A DNA stretch of 64,000 nt from Girardia tigrina (lineage: Eukaryota). The position numbers were made by a program, and so were the translations under genes. Location: the NCBI GenBank assembly GCA_001938485.1, contig MQRK01240841.1:1-64000 (forward strand), given 5' to 3'. Under the pieces are notes generated by a model, which was not told the DNA's origin, did not search any database, and saw nothing but the letters and a program-made list of their open reading frames with translations. This document shows positions 14,069-26,612 of the stretch, piece after piece. The stretch's first letter is position 1; every line of letters begins with the position of its first letter.

Positions 14069-14560
14069 GTGATGGATTATAGTGAAAGTAATACTATTGA
14101 TCATCATAAAGATGATAAGAAATGTAAATGTAATAAATGTTCTGTCAAATGTGTGAGTTCTCTTAACATGGTGACTTCACACCACGTGACTCCGAACATC
14201 AAAGTTCCAGAAACATTCGATGGATCCGAGCACAAATTAGAAGAATTCCAGATAAGTTTTAACAGGTATTTAAAGATTATGGGATTATCAAAGGAGAGAA
14301 AAATCATACTAGTAACACCCTACTTGACTCCAGATGCGATTCTGAGATACGAGAAGGCCTCAGGGAGCACTTACGAAGAGAAAATGCGAGCAGCATTTTC
14401 AAATGAGAAGTCTATTTTAAATTTGACGAAAGATCTCATAGAGTTAAGAGTAGGTTGCGGTGACCATTTGCATTCCGCAAAGCAGAGAAGATAATCGAAA
14501 AATTAATGGAGAAAAAGTTTGGTAAGAAAGAACTATCAAACTTGGTCTATTCTCATATGA
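14069..14560 (+). mobile_element. Gypsy-type gag fragment
   Basis: KVPETFDGSEHKLEEFQISFNRYL is a retrotransposon-gag N-terminal motif. Frameshifted and truncated. Confidence 0.6.
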
Positions 14561-14699
14561 TTGACGATGATAACGTCGATCAGGAGATAGCGATTCGAGG
14601 TGTAACAAAGGCAGAAGAGATTGAAAACATACATTCAAATCCCATTGACGAAATGTAAGCAACGGGATCGCTTCGGCTTTTTCCGGTTCACTATCATGT

Positions 14700-15792
14700 A
14701 AAATTAATTCCTCTTCAAATTTTCCGTGTTGTGAATTTCATCATAAAGACATAAAATCTTCCATGGCCTCTGATAACTGCTGTTCTGCAAGACTAAATTC
14801 CCTAAAACAATGACCAGATTTGCTGCATATTATACATTTATCCTTCAATGGATATTGAAAACGCCTGTCATCATTTTCCACGCAACAAAAACACTGACCT
14901 TGGTTCAGTCGATCTTCGTACGGCGGGGGTAGTCCACGAAATCTATAATAGAGTTTTTGAGCTAAATGTTTCAGAGAAACAGAAGGCTGCTGTCTCACCG
15001 GCGTTTGTCGGAATTCAGAAATAACCGATTATGTAGGACTAATCCGGTTGGAAAAGTCCCTATCTATGAATCTCACATCCATTGATCTTTTGGGACCAAA
15101 CTTAGACTGCTGAAATTGCATTTTTGGTTGGTATTTCAGAGCTTGCACATAATTTAGGGGATTCTTCCGCTTGATATTTGTCTTATTATTAAAAGCATTT
15201 ACTTCAATTTTATCATCTTCCGAGATCTCGCGTTTCTCGTAGACCTCCGCCATTGACCTCATATTTTCTCTCTTCATTTCCGGTTTCAGAACCAGTGAAT
15301 CTCTCAAACCGGTACTACGCACCCGTTTCGTTAAATTCTCATTTAAGATTTGTTCCCGACTCAACTTTGAGTCTAAAACACTGTTAATTAGTTTCTTTAC
15401 CCGGATTTCAAACGTGGTAAATCTCTCTTTTGGCTCTTGCTTGACATTTGCCAGTTCCATGAAATTATCCAAGATTTACTTCTTTACCATAAATGTGTCA
15501 CGAAACCAATCTCGAGCTTCTACCTTAGTTATTTCATTCCTTTTTGAGTTCTTCCATAATTCTGCAGCTTCTTACAATAATAAATCAAATGCACTGATCA
15601 AAGGCGAATCATTTAATGACAGACACTCCTTGATATCCTTTAGCAATTTTCCAGCCTTTTGCAATTCTTAACCGTAAAACTTACGGATATTGAAACTGAA
15701 AATTTCTTGAATCTTCTTCGGCAGCGACTCAAACAAAATATTTCTTTTTTTGGCTTCTCGTAATTACGTTGATATTCTCGGCGTGGTCGCCA
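14700..15792 (-). mobile_element. Gypsy-type gag remnant with degenerate zinc knuckles and PBS
   Basis: KQEPKERFTTFEIRVKKL (gag Q...E....F motif). Two decayed CX2CX4HX4C knuckles. TGGCGACCACG PBS on the minus strand at 15782-15792. Confidence 0.7.
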
Positions 15793-15889
15793 GTTACATT
15801 TTTAGTTTCTTTAAAATCCATAAGTCATATTCCGCGTACAAAAACAATATTTAACAATTAATCAATCACACATAACTACTACAACATTA

Positions 15890-16130
15890 TTTTTCTTCAC
15901 GACAATACTAGACTGCACGTCTGAAAACCACTGAAAAAGTACTTGCAAACACTTAAATGGAATGTCTTAATCAAACCACCGTATTCTCCAGAAATTGGTC
16001 CCTAGGATTTTCACCTGTTTTGTGTGATGGCTCATGGTTCGTTGCCGGATAAATTTACTTTTAACAATAACGAAAAGAAATCGTTATTTCGCCCTTAAAA
16101 CACAAAAAAATTGATTCCAACACCTAATAG
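15890..16130 (+). mobile_element. Mariner 3' remnant
   Basis: FLHDNTRLHV and PPYSPEIGPRDFHLF motifs. TIR-like ...CAACACCTAATA end. Confidence 0.6.
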
Positions 16131-19070
16131 ATTTAATATATATTATTTATTAAATTATTTCTAATTAATCAGTTGACGTTCATATAATCGATTTAAAACT
16201 GTTTTCGTGTTTTTCAAACGATTTAATATTAATTAAGCATCTATTTATTATTTTTTAATAATTTTATTATTTGGATAAAATTAATTTTTAATAAAGCATT
16301 TTCAATGGAATATTTTTTGTATTTTAAAGTTTTATTTACTCTTATCTGAATAATCTGAACAGGCGGTAAAATTGAGCAGTTGGTCGACATCCTTCAATGT
16401 CATTATTGGTAATTTGAAAGAATTTCCTTTTTCTACAGCTTTCATAGAATATAATCAAAATAAAATTTAATAAATTTTTAATTTTAAACACCTACAAAAT
16501 TATATAATATATTTTCAAGAATTTTATTATCTAAAAATAAATGTTGAAAAATTTTTAATAAATTTTTGTAATTGTTTTTCAAATAGAAAAAAATATAATG
16601 GAAATAAAGATAAAAATTATGCGATTAAAGTTTTATTAATTATTTAGATTATTCTAAAATTTTATGTTTTGTTGTAAAATTAAAAATAATGATAAATAAT
16701 AAAATGGTTATATTTTCTCGTCATACATTTGAAATTGTATCAATTTTAAAATAAAAAGTCTGTAATTTATTGTTCTAAAATCTATTTTTTTAGTGTATAA
16801 ATCGGAATTATCAAAATTTATTTTACTGAATAAATAAATATATTGAAGTTGTTTGCTCAAATATCTTGAAAGACAATCTTATCAACATTTTTAAATAACA
16901 AAACCATCAGGGAACTTTAGTTAGGAAATTCTTTTTTCTTTTACTATATTTATCAGGACAAACAAACCATAAAATATCCATGATGTTGGTTGAACGATAA
17001 ATGGAGCCTCGGTATTTTTTTAGGTGTCTTTCGCTGAATGCTGAATGATTTTTGAATTAAATATTTCATGATATTAGTCACGGACCGAATCTGTATGTTT
17101 AGAATTATTGTTCGTATAACAAGCAAAAACAAGAATTGAAATAATCATGTAATCAATGGCATTTGTGATTTGTAATTTTAGAAAAATCTGTGCATAAAAT
17201 CGGAAAATAAGAAACAGGTCCTTAAGTAAAGCTCATATGAGAAGTGCAGAAGGGTAGGTTTAGATTACGAATTATTAGAACCGGAATTTTAAGATTTAAA
17301 AGTAAGGCATGTGGAGACATGAATTTCGCATTTCAGGTTTCTTAAATTGCTCACAACCGAAAAATAATCTTTAAGCTATATTTTCTGATTCGGAAATAGC
17401 AAATATTACTGGAGGAAATTGGCCTCAAAACATCTAAATGAATTTGTGTTAATGTATATTCTCCATATCATTATTTCCTATTCATATCGTCTGTATCTAA
17501 TAACATGCGTTATGTATTTTTCAATTTTTTATTTCATTTAAAATTTCAATTTATTAATAATTGTAATATATCAAGTCATGTGGGCATTACAATGATAATC
17601 TTATCTTATAAAGATGAATTTTGTGTTTGAAGACGTACAACCAAACTTTCCTTAAACATTTTCATTCCCACAGGAAGTTCAAATAGTTTTCTAAGAGTAT
17701 TAAAAAATCCCCGGAAAAATCTCCGAGTTCACAATTTATTCAACCACATTGCTATTTTTTCAAACTGCCGAAATACTGATTTTTTATAATTTTGGATTCA
17801 GCTGACTTTTAAATACTTTATCACAAATGTAACTTTTTTCTTACCGCAACACTTTTCCTTGAAAGAAATCTGATACGCCAATCTAGCAAATGAATACTTT
17901 GTAAACAAAAATGAATAAATTTATTGAAAATCTTTTGAATAAACAATATAAGGCGATCTGAGCTCTTAAATTTTAGTATTTAAACTATTTCTAGTAATAT
18001 TTTAATGATTATATTCTCGTCTTATGGTTTGATTATATTAAAATAATTAAAAATTATGTTTTAACGTCATAAATTTATTTATATAAAAAGATTATTCCAA
18101 AGAACATGTCAAGAAGTTGAAAACCCTTCGAAACATATTTGAGGTATATTTAAATTCCTGCAGTTATCTGTAAAGCTTTTAGGACCATCTATATGGAAGG
18201 TCCAAGATAAGGCATTTCTCGAGTTTAATTTTGTTTATTCTTTGATTTACACTTTAATCCTTCAGGAGGATCCACTTCCTTAGTTTGCTATTGTAGTTCT
18301 TAAAAAATAAATCTTCCCATTCAGCCAAAAAACCAAAACAGGAATTCTTAAAATTAAAATTTCATCTTTTTTTGACCTTCCTAACCACTTAATATGAACC
18401 TAAAAGAAAACAAATAGTTTCTTCCTAATAGTTTCTTTACAAGCACAGAAGCAAGCTTTCATTCCCCAATACCTTTCTCAATGATCCTTAAGAAGATTGT
18501 ACGGCAATATCCCATTATCTTAATTACAAAATATTGCATTATATTTCCTTATGTGCGTCTCACCTCAATAATCTATGTAGATAGTCCATTGATTAACAAT
18601 CTAAGTAGTGATTATTTTATGTATAAATATTTGTGCTACAGAATAATTTTCTTATAATGTGTCGATTTACTGTACAAAGTTTGTTTAAGTAGTTTTTAAA
18701 AGTTTTTTTCAGACTAACATTGTAAAAAGGTTTACCAACAAATATAGCGCGATATAATTATTTTAGTGTAATATGTCTGTTTGAAACTCATACTCGCCTC
18801 CTAGAACTATTCTAATTAGTTTTCATAGGATAATTTAATTAAATATTTTTTATAGGAAAAAATATAACTTTGATGAAAGGTCTATCTTTGATAAAAAGAT
18901 CAGATTAAATCCCCAAAACCACCAACAATATTTAAACATTAAATTGCGTTTTATTTTTATTTAATTATTTTTTAAGTTATTAATTTGATAATTATACCAT
19001 AATTATGTACAATTTATTTAATTTAAACGTTTTTCTCTTAATAATAGATCTAGTCCTAAAAGACAAAAGG

Positions 19071-19341
19071 ATGAGAGAATGGTCCGCAGTTGCTTATTTA
19101 TCCTGTTACGTTATCATTTTGATTTTAACATGGTTTCTAAATATTTTTCTAACAATCGGTATATGCAGCAGTCGTCAGCTTTTCCGCTGTAAATCCAAAA
19201 AACCGACCCCCCATTTCCAGTCAGCCTCCCTCTCGCGATGTGCACAACTGGCTAATTATTATTTTATTACTTCAATTTGTCTCTCAAATATAATCTCAGT
19301 CTCTCTCAATCCACCGTCATTCATAATGATGAATTGGTTTT
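19071..19341 (+). CDS. Exon encoding TM1-TM2 of a 5-HT2-like orphan class A GPCR
   Basis: MREWSAVAYLSCYVIILILTWFLNIFLTIGICSSRQL...ANYYFITSICLSNIISVSLNPPSFIMMNWF aligns to 5-HT2 TM1/TM2. Donor T|GTAAGT after 19341 (phase 1). A possible acceptor ...AATAG|19048 means the start could lie in an earlier exon. Confidence 0.85.
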
Positions 19342-21788
19342 GTAAGTTTATTTTGGTTTTAATTAATTTACAGTTGCCTAAGTAATTCTTCTATTTTTTA
19401 TTAATAATTGTGGACCAAATTCAATCAAAATAATGCATAATGCATAATCTTCTATACTTAATTTATTACTATTTTTATTATTATTATTAATAATAATATT
19501 AATAATAATAATATTTTAATTTGAGTTTCATTAATTCTAGGAATTTTTCATTATCAAAAATTTATTATTTCGTCATTTATTGTATCAAATAAAGATTATT
19601 TATAATTTTATTTATTTATAATTAATTATTATAATTTATTAATAACATAATCATACCGACAATTCAGATCTGAAATTTTACATTGAAAATGTTTTTTATT
19701 CTTACGAGTCTACAAATAAAAATATTTTTAATACTTTTTTTGTTAAAGAGATGCTGAAAATCCTTGAAACATTTTGCGACATTATTAATGGAAGATTCAT
19801 AATCAATTCGATAAAATAAAATATCTCCGAGTTTAATTTTTCTCTTTTTATGAACAATTAATTCTAAATTGATTGATTAAATCTTTCTTATTTTAGGAAA
19901 TTTATTTGTGGATTAGGATTCAATCATGAGCTTTTATGTAAAAATGTTTATTATATTACAATTTTTTATTAAATTAAATGATTTCCCACATGATATTACT
20001 CGTAAATAAAAATTTTTCAAAAGTTTTTTTTTAATTTTTAAATTTCGTAAAACTGCAACATAAATTTTTTTAGAACCTTTGAACTGAAATGTCTAATAAG
20101 GTTTGACATTGTTGTGAGAATAGGGATACTAAAGTGGATTAAATATAGGGTGAACCGAATTTTTAATCCACTTACGAATATAAATAAAAATAAAATCAAA
20201 ACGTTGAATTAAAAAGATTATATTAGTAATAATGCAGCAGAAGGATAAAACGAAGGATATCATAAAAAAAAAAGAAAATCAGTTATAGGGGATTCAATGA
20301 GTAAAAATGTTACTTTAATGTTGTCCAAAATTGATCATCAACAAAATAAATAATTGTATGGAGTGGTTCACGAATTTTCACGAAGATAAATACAAATCCG
20401 AAACTTTGAAGATGACTTGATTCTTAGAATTCCTCGGTTGAAACTTGGTGAGAGTGGTTTCTAATATTTTGGCTTTAAATTCATCTATTGAATCTTGTAT
20501 TGTTTTTTTATTGACTTTTTTTATTGTTATAATTCTAATTATATTATAATAATAATCTTAATATTATTATTATTATAATAATATTATATATAATTCTGCT
20601 AATATATAATTTTTTATTATCTTCCTAATTTTATCTTCTGTTATTGATTCTTTCTTTTCTCAGCAGTCCTCTCTAATTATTATTTACATAAATAAAAAAA
20701 AAATAAATCCCATTCAAAATACAAAAATGATTTTGTTTATAACACCACACACAAAAATAGATATTCATATGTAGATTTTGTTATAAATAAAAAAATATGC
20801 GGGCACTACAGATAAGATGGAGATTAGCGTAGGGATAAATAGTAAATTAAGGTATAGTATTATTATAGTGACATTATATTATAACAGAGTAGGGTGTAAC
20901 GGAAGGTAAAAACGAAAGTGAATAAAATGAATTACAATATAACACGAAAAAAGTCGAAAAAAAGTATATACAATGAAAATGTTAATTTGGAAAGTGGTAT
21001 ACCATATCAAATAACAGCTCAGTTTTGATAGACTAAAGACTCGGCACATTTAGATTTTGAATAGGATCGAATGAATTTAGTTCGAACTTTCGAGAGTCAA
21101 ATTGTCGTTTCTTCAATATTTTTTTCTTCTTGAATGCTCATCAACTTCGGTTTTGAAGGAATATTTTGTCGAAATAAAGGTCGGTAAAATTATTGGAGAT
21201 CCTTTGAAAGGTTATTTTGAAATTAATAATTAATGTCCTGAATAGAAAGTCGAAAACCAGAAAACGGAAGCTTGGAAATTTGTTTCTAATATTGTATTAG
21301 TTCCAATGGATTTATCGATTTTTATTTTTAAAATTATATATATTTAATCTATACATAAGCGACAGGTCACTAAAAATAACGTTTTTTACAAATAAAATTG
21401 GTATTATTTTGAATCTAAAAGCATCATACTGGATAAATCACAAAGACAAAACATAACAGTCCAAGAAGTAGCGTTTAGATAAATGAATAATTTAAATTAA
21501 GTTCCAAAAAATATATCAAATTACGTGAATCAATTTCAGTAAAATAAAAATTCAAGACCCATTTCAGTTGATCGCTTGAATAATTGGAAAAGATAATAAA
21601 ACATTTTCTAAAAATATAACCTTGTGATTAGAAAGAAGTTTATACGTAATGACATTATTGAATTTTAAAAATTATGAGAAACTAGAATAGGACCCATCAT
21701 GTATGAAATGAAAGCTACATTTTCATATTTGAAAGTTTCTCTTATTTACATATTTTTAAAATTCGAAAATATTTTTAATCTTAATATT

Positions 21789-22500
21789 CTAGACGTTCTA
21801 GCCAAGCAAGACGGCCCGTGAAAGTAAACAACAAAAAAATTAATTTCACAAAACTTTCAATCATCATAATAAAATTTAATATTAAATTTAAGCACTTTGG
21901 AGTTTCATTTATTGGATGAAACATATTTTGCTTTTCTTTTGTTATCGCTTTTTAAGTTGTTGAATATCGTAAGAATTTTCTTTAACCTAACATAAACCTA
22001 AACTCTAACGTAAAACCCCAACTGTAACCTTTATAACTGAAATGTTGATATTATTTATTAATACCGAAAATTTGAAATTTTATACTAAATTGATTTTAAG
22101 CAATATAATTAGAAAAAAAGTGTAAGAAATCGTCATTTAACAATTTAATTAATGTATTATTACTAATATTTTTATAAGTATATTGTTATTAGTATATTCA
22201 TAAAACCTCTAACAAAATTACTTTTAGGAATCATATAAATAGTCATTATTCTAAATCAGTGTTGATATGAAAATTCATCAACCAACACTGTTTTTGGTTA
22301 ATTACTTCAACTTCCCGGCATCTTTTGGCAAAAGCGCTGAATCAGCAGAACCGCCTTGGTGCGGGCCGTGCAGATTGACCACGCTCTTACGTAAATTTGC
22401 TCCGGTTCCGCCGCAGTGTTGCATTTTGATCATAGTGTGACCGACAAACCAACAAACAAACTAACTAAATAACAAACTAACATTTAAGTCAAATATATTC
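21789..22500 (-). mobile_element. Non-autonomous Helitron-like element (copy A)
   Basis: Minus strand begins with a (GTTT/GTTA)n microsatellite then GTCGGTCAC, and ends with an imperfect GC hairpin plus CTAG (21789-21792). GC core similar to 24260-24400. Confidence 0.6.
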
Positions 22501-23494
22501 TTTATGAAAAATATTATATTTGATTACTTTTTTTAATAAAAAAATTATAAGAAAAATTTTTAATTGAAAATTTTATTTATTTTTTTATTAAATTTTTATT
22601 TTATTTATTATAGAATAAAAATAAAAATTATATAATATAATTGAAATCATTACAAATTAATTATTTCCGTTCAAAGTACATTGAATTAATTATTATATAT
22701 TTTTTAGAATTAATGTATTATTTTAATAAAATCTTGTTTTTTTGTAATAATAAAACAGAGAAATTGATCGGTTTATCGAAAGCTGATTTGTCGTTAGAGA
22801 AAAACCCGTCTCAATATGAGATTCTCCTGGCTAATTCCAGATCATTAATCCTTGAATTTTCAATTAAGTCTATATATTCATTTTGCATCAGAAAAATAAA
22901 TTCTTTATTTCGAATAATTTTATATTCTTGTATATAAAAAACGAAAAAAAATATTTTGTTTGATATAATCAAATCCATAAATTTGTAAAACAAAAAAAAT
23001 CCAAATAACTATTTAATACATTTCTTTTGTTTGTGATAATCAGAAAAAAAAATTACTACGGATTTTCGTTTTAATAATTAATTAAATTTATTTTCTCTGA
23101 TTTATATTTATTTCATGAAAATTAATCAAAAGAAATTTATTTATATTTAAATTTGTTGAAATAATAAAAAATAATAGTCAAAATTAAAGTTTACAAATAT
23201 TTTTTATTTCGGTTTTTTTAATATTTTTCGTTTCTCATTTATTATTTTATCTATCAAAATACAATTTTATTTTCCGATTTTCCAGTCTCATAAATGTTTG
23301 ATGTGTTTTGAATATCTCCCGCATTATCGATTTTAAAAGACATCATCAATTATCAAGTTTTTATTAATGCAAAAATACTCTTTATTTAAATAATTTTAAT
23401 CGAAATTAAATTCAATTATTTTACTTGAATTTTTGAGAAAGTATTTATTTCATAAATCTCAAACCGGTATAATAAAAATAAATAATAAATAAAC

Positions 23495-23830
23495 TCTCTT
23501 TTCGACCATGTTCTTTAAGTAAGAGTAATATTGCAGAACATAGGAAAGAATCTAAATGTGATGTTAATTCTGATAATTTCAAAATTCTGTGCAAGTATTT
23601 TGACAGTTATTGGGAGAGAGTGTCGTGTGAAGCATTGTTAATTAGGTCACGTTGTCCTAAAATCAATGTTCAATCGGCAGTCTCAACCAGCTTATTGAGA
23701 ATTTTTGATTAGCGTGATTACATGCAATCGATTACATAATCATCATTTTTGTATTTATATACAGGTGAATCGATTATTAATTAGTGACCTGAAGATGACG
23801 GTAGATCCGTCGAAATATATTGTCTTGAAA
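23495..23830 (+). mobile_element. Penelope-like element 3' end (GIY-YIG C-terminus plus pLTR)
   Basis: SNIAEHRKESKCDVNSDNFKILCKYFDSYWERVSCEALLIRSRCPKINVQSAVSTSLLRIFD* is homologous to the end of the 7150 ORF. Confidence 0.8.
23786..23824 (+). ncRNA. Minimal type I hammerhead ribozyme in PLE pLTR
   Basis: GAC-CUGAAGA-U-GACGG(UAGAU)CCGUC-GAA-AUAUAU-U-GUC: intact core, 5-bp stem II, palindromic stem III, 3-bp stem I. Confidence 0.75.
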
Positions 23831-24123
23831 TATATTTTTAAATGGATGAGTGTTGTTATTAAAAGAAAATTTTCGCCCGGATTTCGTATTATTAATAACT
23901 TATTTTAATCTTTTTTTTAATTTGACGATTAAATAATTTCATTTTCTTTAAATAAACTTCTTAAATTTTATCATGCAGAAACTATTATTATTAACAGAAA
24001 CTTTATTTACTTCTTGATTTTTTTAAATTTATAATTCTACTTTTAATTCTATTATTATTTCAAAAATTTTTAAAATATTTTCTTAAAAATTTCTAACAAT
24101 AAATATTTTTAAAGTATTTAAAA

Positions 24124-24438
24124 CTAGAAAAATACCCGTCAAATATGATGGGTGAGCTGAATTTTCGACTTCGAAAGTTTTAATTTTTAAATCGTAATTA
24201 TTATACTTCATTATTAATTGTTTTGAATTCTGTGTTAATTTAACAGTCAGTCATATAAATCGGATCCCAGGGCCTTTCGGCCAAGGTGCTGCAACGACAA
24301 AATTATATTGATGCGAGCTATCCAGATTGACCTCGATCTTAAATGGATTCACTCTGGTTAGTCCGCAATTTCGCATCGAAATGCGTGACCGACAAACAAA
24401 CAAACAAACACACTTTTAGACAAATATTATATATATAA
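24124..24438 (-). mobile_element. Non-autonomous Helitron-like element (copy B)
   Basis: Minus strand: TATATATAATATTTGTC...(GTTT)n GTCGGTCACG ... hairpin ACCCATC-ATATTT-GACGGGT, then TTTTTCTAG followed by T. Confidence 0.7.
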
Positions 24439-24906
24439 TAATTTAACTTTAATAACTTCGTTTTATGAGTATTTCAGAAATAAGAATTGTTCTTTCCAAT
24501 TTAATATGTTTTAAAATAACTGAGGTCTCAATAAAATTAAGAATAATAATTTCATATCGTTGTTCAATTGGAATTTCAAGACTTTCCTCATAAAATGCCG
24601 ATATAATCAATGGAAAATCTCCCTGGAGAATTATTTTCTTTGTTTAGTAAGAAGGATAAAGCTTGATTATTCTTCAGAATTTTAGATGACAATTTCGCGA
24701 AGTATTTATTTTTTTACTTATACATTTTTTCTTGAAAAATTAATAAATACGACAGTATATAAATTAATAAATAAAGAATTCAAGGAAAAAAATGAATTAA
24801 AACCTTGTAAAGTATCTAACGAAGTGTTGGGATCGAGAAATTTCACAGTCAACACCAGGCCAATTCATTAAGGGGGTACTGAGTCCGATGGAAAATTTCT
24901 CGGGAT

Positions 24907-25191
24907 CTGAAATAAAATAAAATGATTATTAAAGAAATATAATATTAATTAATTAAAACTAACCTTAATTGATTTTGCACTTTGATCGGAAATAAAAATA
25001 TAATTATTAAGATGACTTAATTGAAAAAAACTTACTTAATTGATCTGGAATCTGAAATTATAAAAACAATGATTATTTATTTAGTTATAAAAAAAACTTA
25101 CTTGATCGATCTGATCGTTGATCCTTGTTGATCTGAAATGAAAAATATGATTATGTTTTTTTTATTGTGCACTTTGATTGTTTGCACTTAC
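24907..25191 (-). other. Array of four short spliceosomal-type introns separating micro-exons, apparently non-coding
   Basis: Minus-strand GTAAG/GTTAG...TAATYAT...TTTCAG units of 59, 50, 49 and 57 bp. One acceptor reads CCG instead of CAG. Exons are 31, 16 and 23 nt. Confidence 0.5.
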
Positions 25192-26477
25192 TTGATTGTT
25201 TGGACTTTGTTTTCGATAGGAATCTGCAGGGGCTCATAGTGCCTGCCGTGATTATTGACGATTTGACAGTGAATAAGAAAAAGATCTTGAAAGATAATTG
25301 AAGACAGCTGATCGGTTGATAGTTACCGGTGGGTGCTCATAGTGCCTGCTGAGTATATTGATGATCTGGTAGTCGAAAAAAATGTTCTGTATAGAACATC
25401 TTAAATGTCACCGTCCATGAGAAAGTCTAATAATCAAACCTCCATCAACCTCAACCTTTTTTTGTTGTCATTGTTAAACCTTTAATATCAATGTTGGATA
25501 ATTGATGAACATTTATGTTTTTAAGTTGATTTATATTCTTTTAAAATATTTAAAGATTATTCTGTGGAAATATAAGAAATCATCAGAATATAAAACAACA
25601 TGATATCTATAGAGATTTGTTCTTCTAGACATCAGATGGATGAATATTTATTAAAAAAAAGTTTACGAGGAACCCGGAAGGTATTTGATTTTGTTCACTG
25701 GTAAATCATTGGGCCAGATGAACCTAACCTGTTAGAAAATTCAAAAATGTCCGGGTCTTATAAATAAAATTACTTTCAATTTTGAGACATCTCGATATGA
25801 TTATTAAATCTAAAGTCTTATGATCAAATGATTATAAAATAAATGAATTAAATATTTTGAAACCTTCTTAATAGCGCACAATTAAAGTGTATCCATTATT
25901 TTTATCTTCTGTTGGACTTTTATTATCTTTTTTATGTATTATTTTTGAATTTTCGTTCTAATCTTGTTTATAAATTTTTTTTGTAATGGGGGTAATGCTA
26001 CTAACATTAAAATGGCTTCTCATCACGGATTCAAGAGCACATACGATTTGGCAATGGAAACAATATTAGTAGCAAAACTCGGGTGCAATTGATTCAGTAT
26101 CCTAAAAATACAATAGAAAATAAAATTCAGAAATAAAATGTGTTAGAAATTCGAAGCACAAATACATTATTAAATTGTATAAATAAAAATACTAAAATGA
26201 AAATGTAATAGTAATTTTTCGTGAAAATCTTAAATGTATTTTTTTAAAATATAAAACAGAAATTATTAAATGAAATTTTACAAAACTTAAGATCATAAAA
26301 TTAAAATTTTGGGTAAATTAGAATATAAATTATACAAATGAAATTCGTAAAAAGTTATTTTCACAACAATAAGAATATTAGTTAGAATTGTAAAATATAA
26401 AAATGAGAATTTTAAAAGGTAACGAAAATTTCTAATTTAAAGCCTATATTGTTAATTGCACGTATAGAAATTTAGAA

Positions 26478-26612
26478 TGTAGGCATCCTCCGCCGGAGGC
26501 AGCTCACGAGGACCTCGTGTGGCTCTTACCCGAGCTAACAGCTCAGAGAGCTTTTCAGGAGCTGAGTCGGTGTATCACTGTACAACAGAATTGATTGACG
26601 ACAATGCCAACA
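26478..26612. repeat. 135-bp TG...CA element (solo LTR/TRIM-like) with a highly structured GC core
   Basis: Ends TGTAGGCAT / ATGCCAACA (8 of 9 inverted match). Several internal hairpins. Confidence 0.4.

Noticed and set aside
19005-19047. ORF-track N-terminus MYNLFNLNVFLLII, and residues after 19341
   Set aside because: The first looks like a polypyrimidine tract and acceptor, the second like post-donor intron; neither is likely coding.
22641-22993. Short Ile/Phe/Lys/Asn-rich ORFs here and elsewhere (e.g. 27774, 28342, 31454, 43546, 55351)
   Set aside because: Expected by chance in AT-rich DNA, often with non-ATG starts and no motifs.
26520-26570. Canonical hammerhead on the minus strand
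   Set aside because: G8 is replaced and GAAA is absent; kept only as a structured-element candidate.
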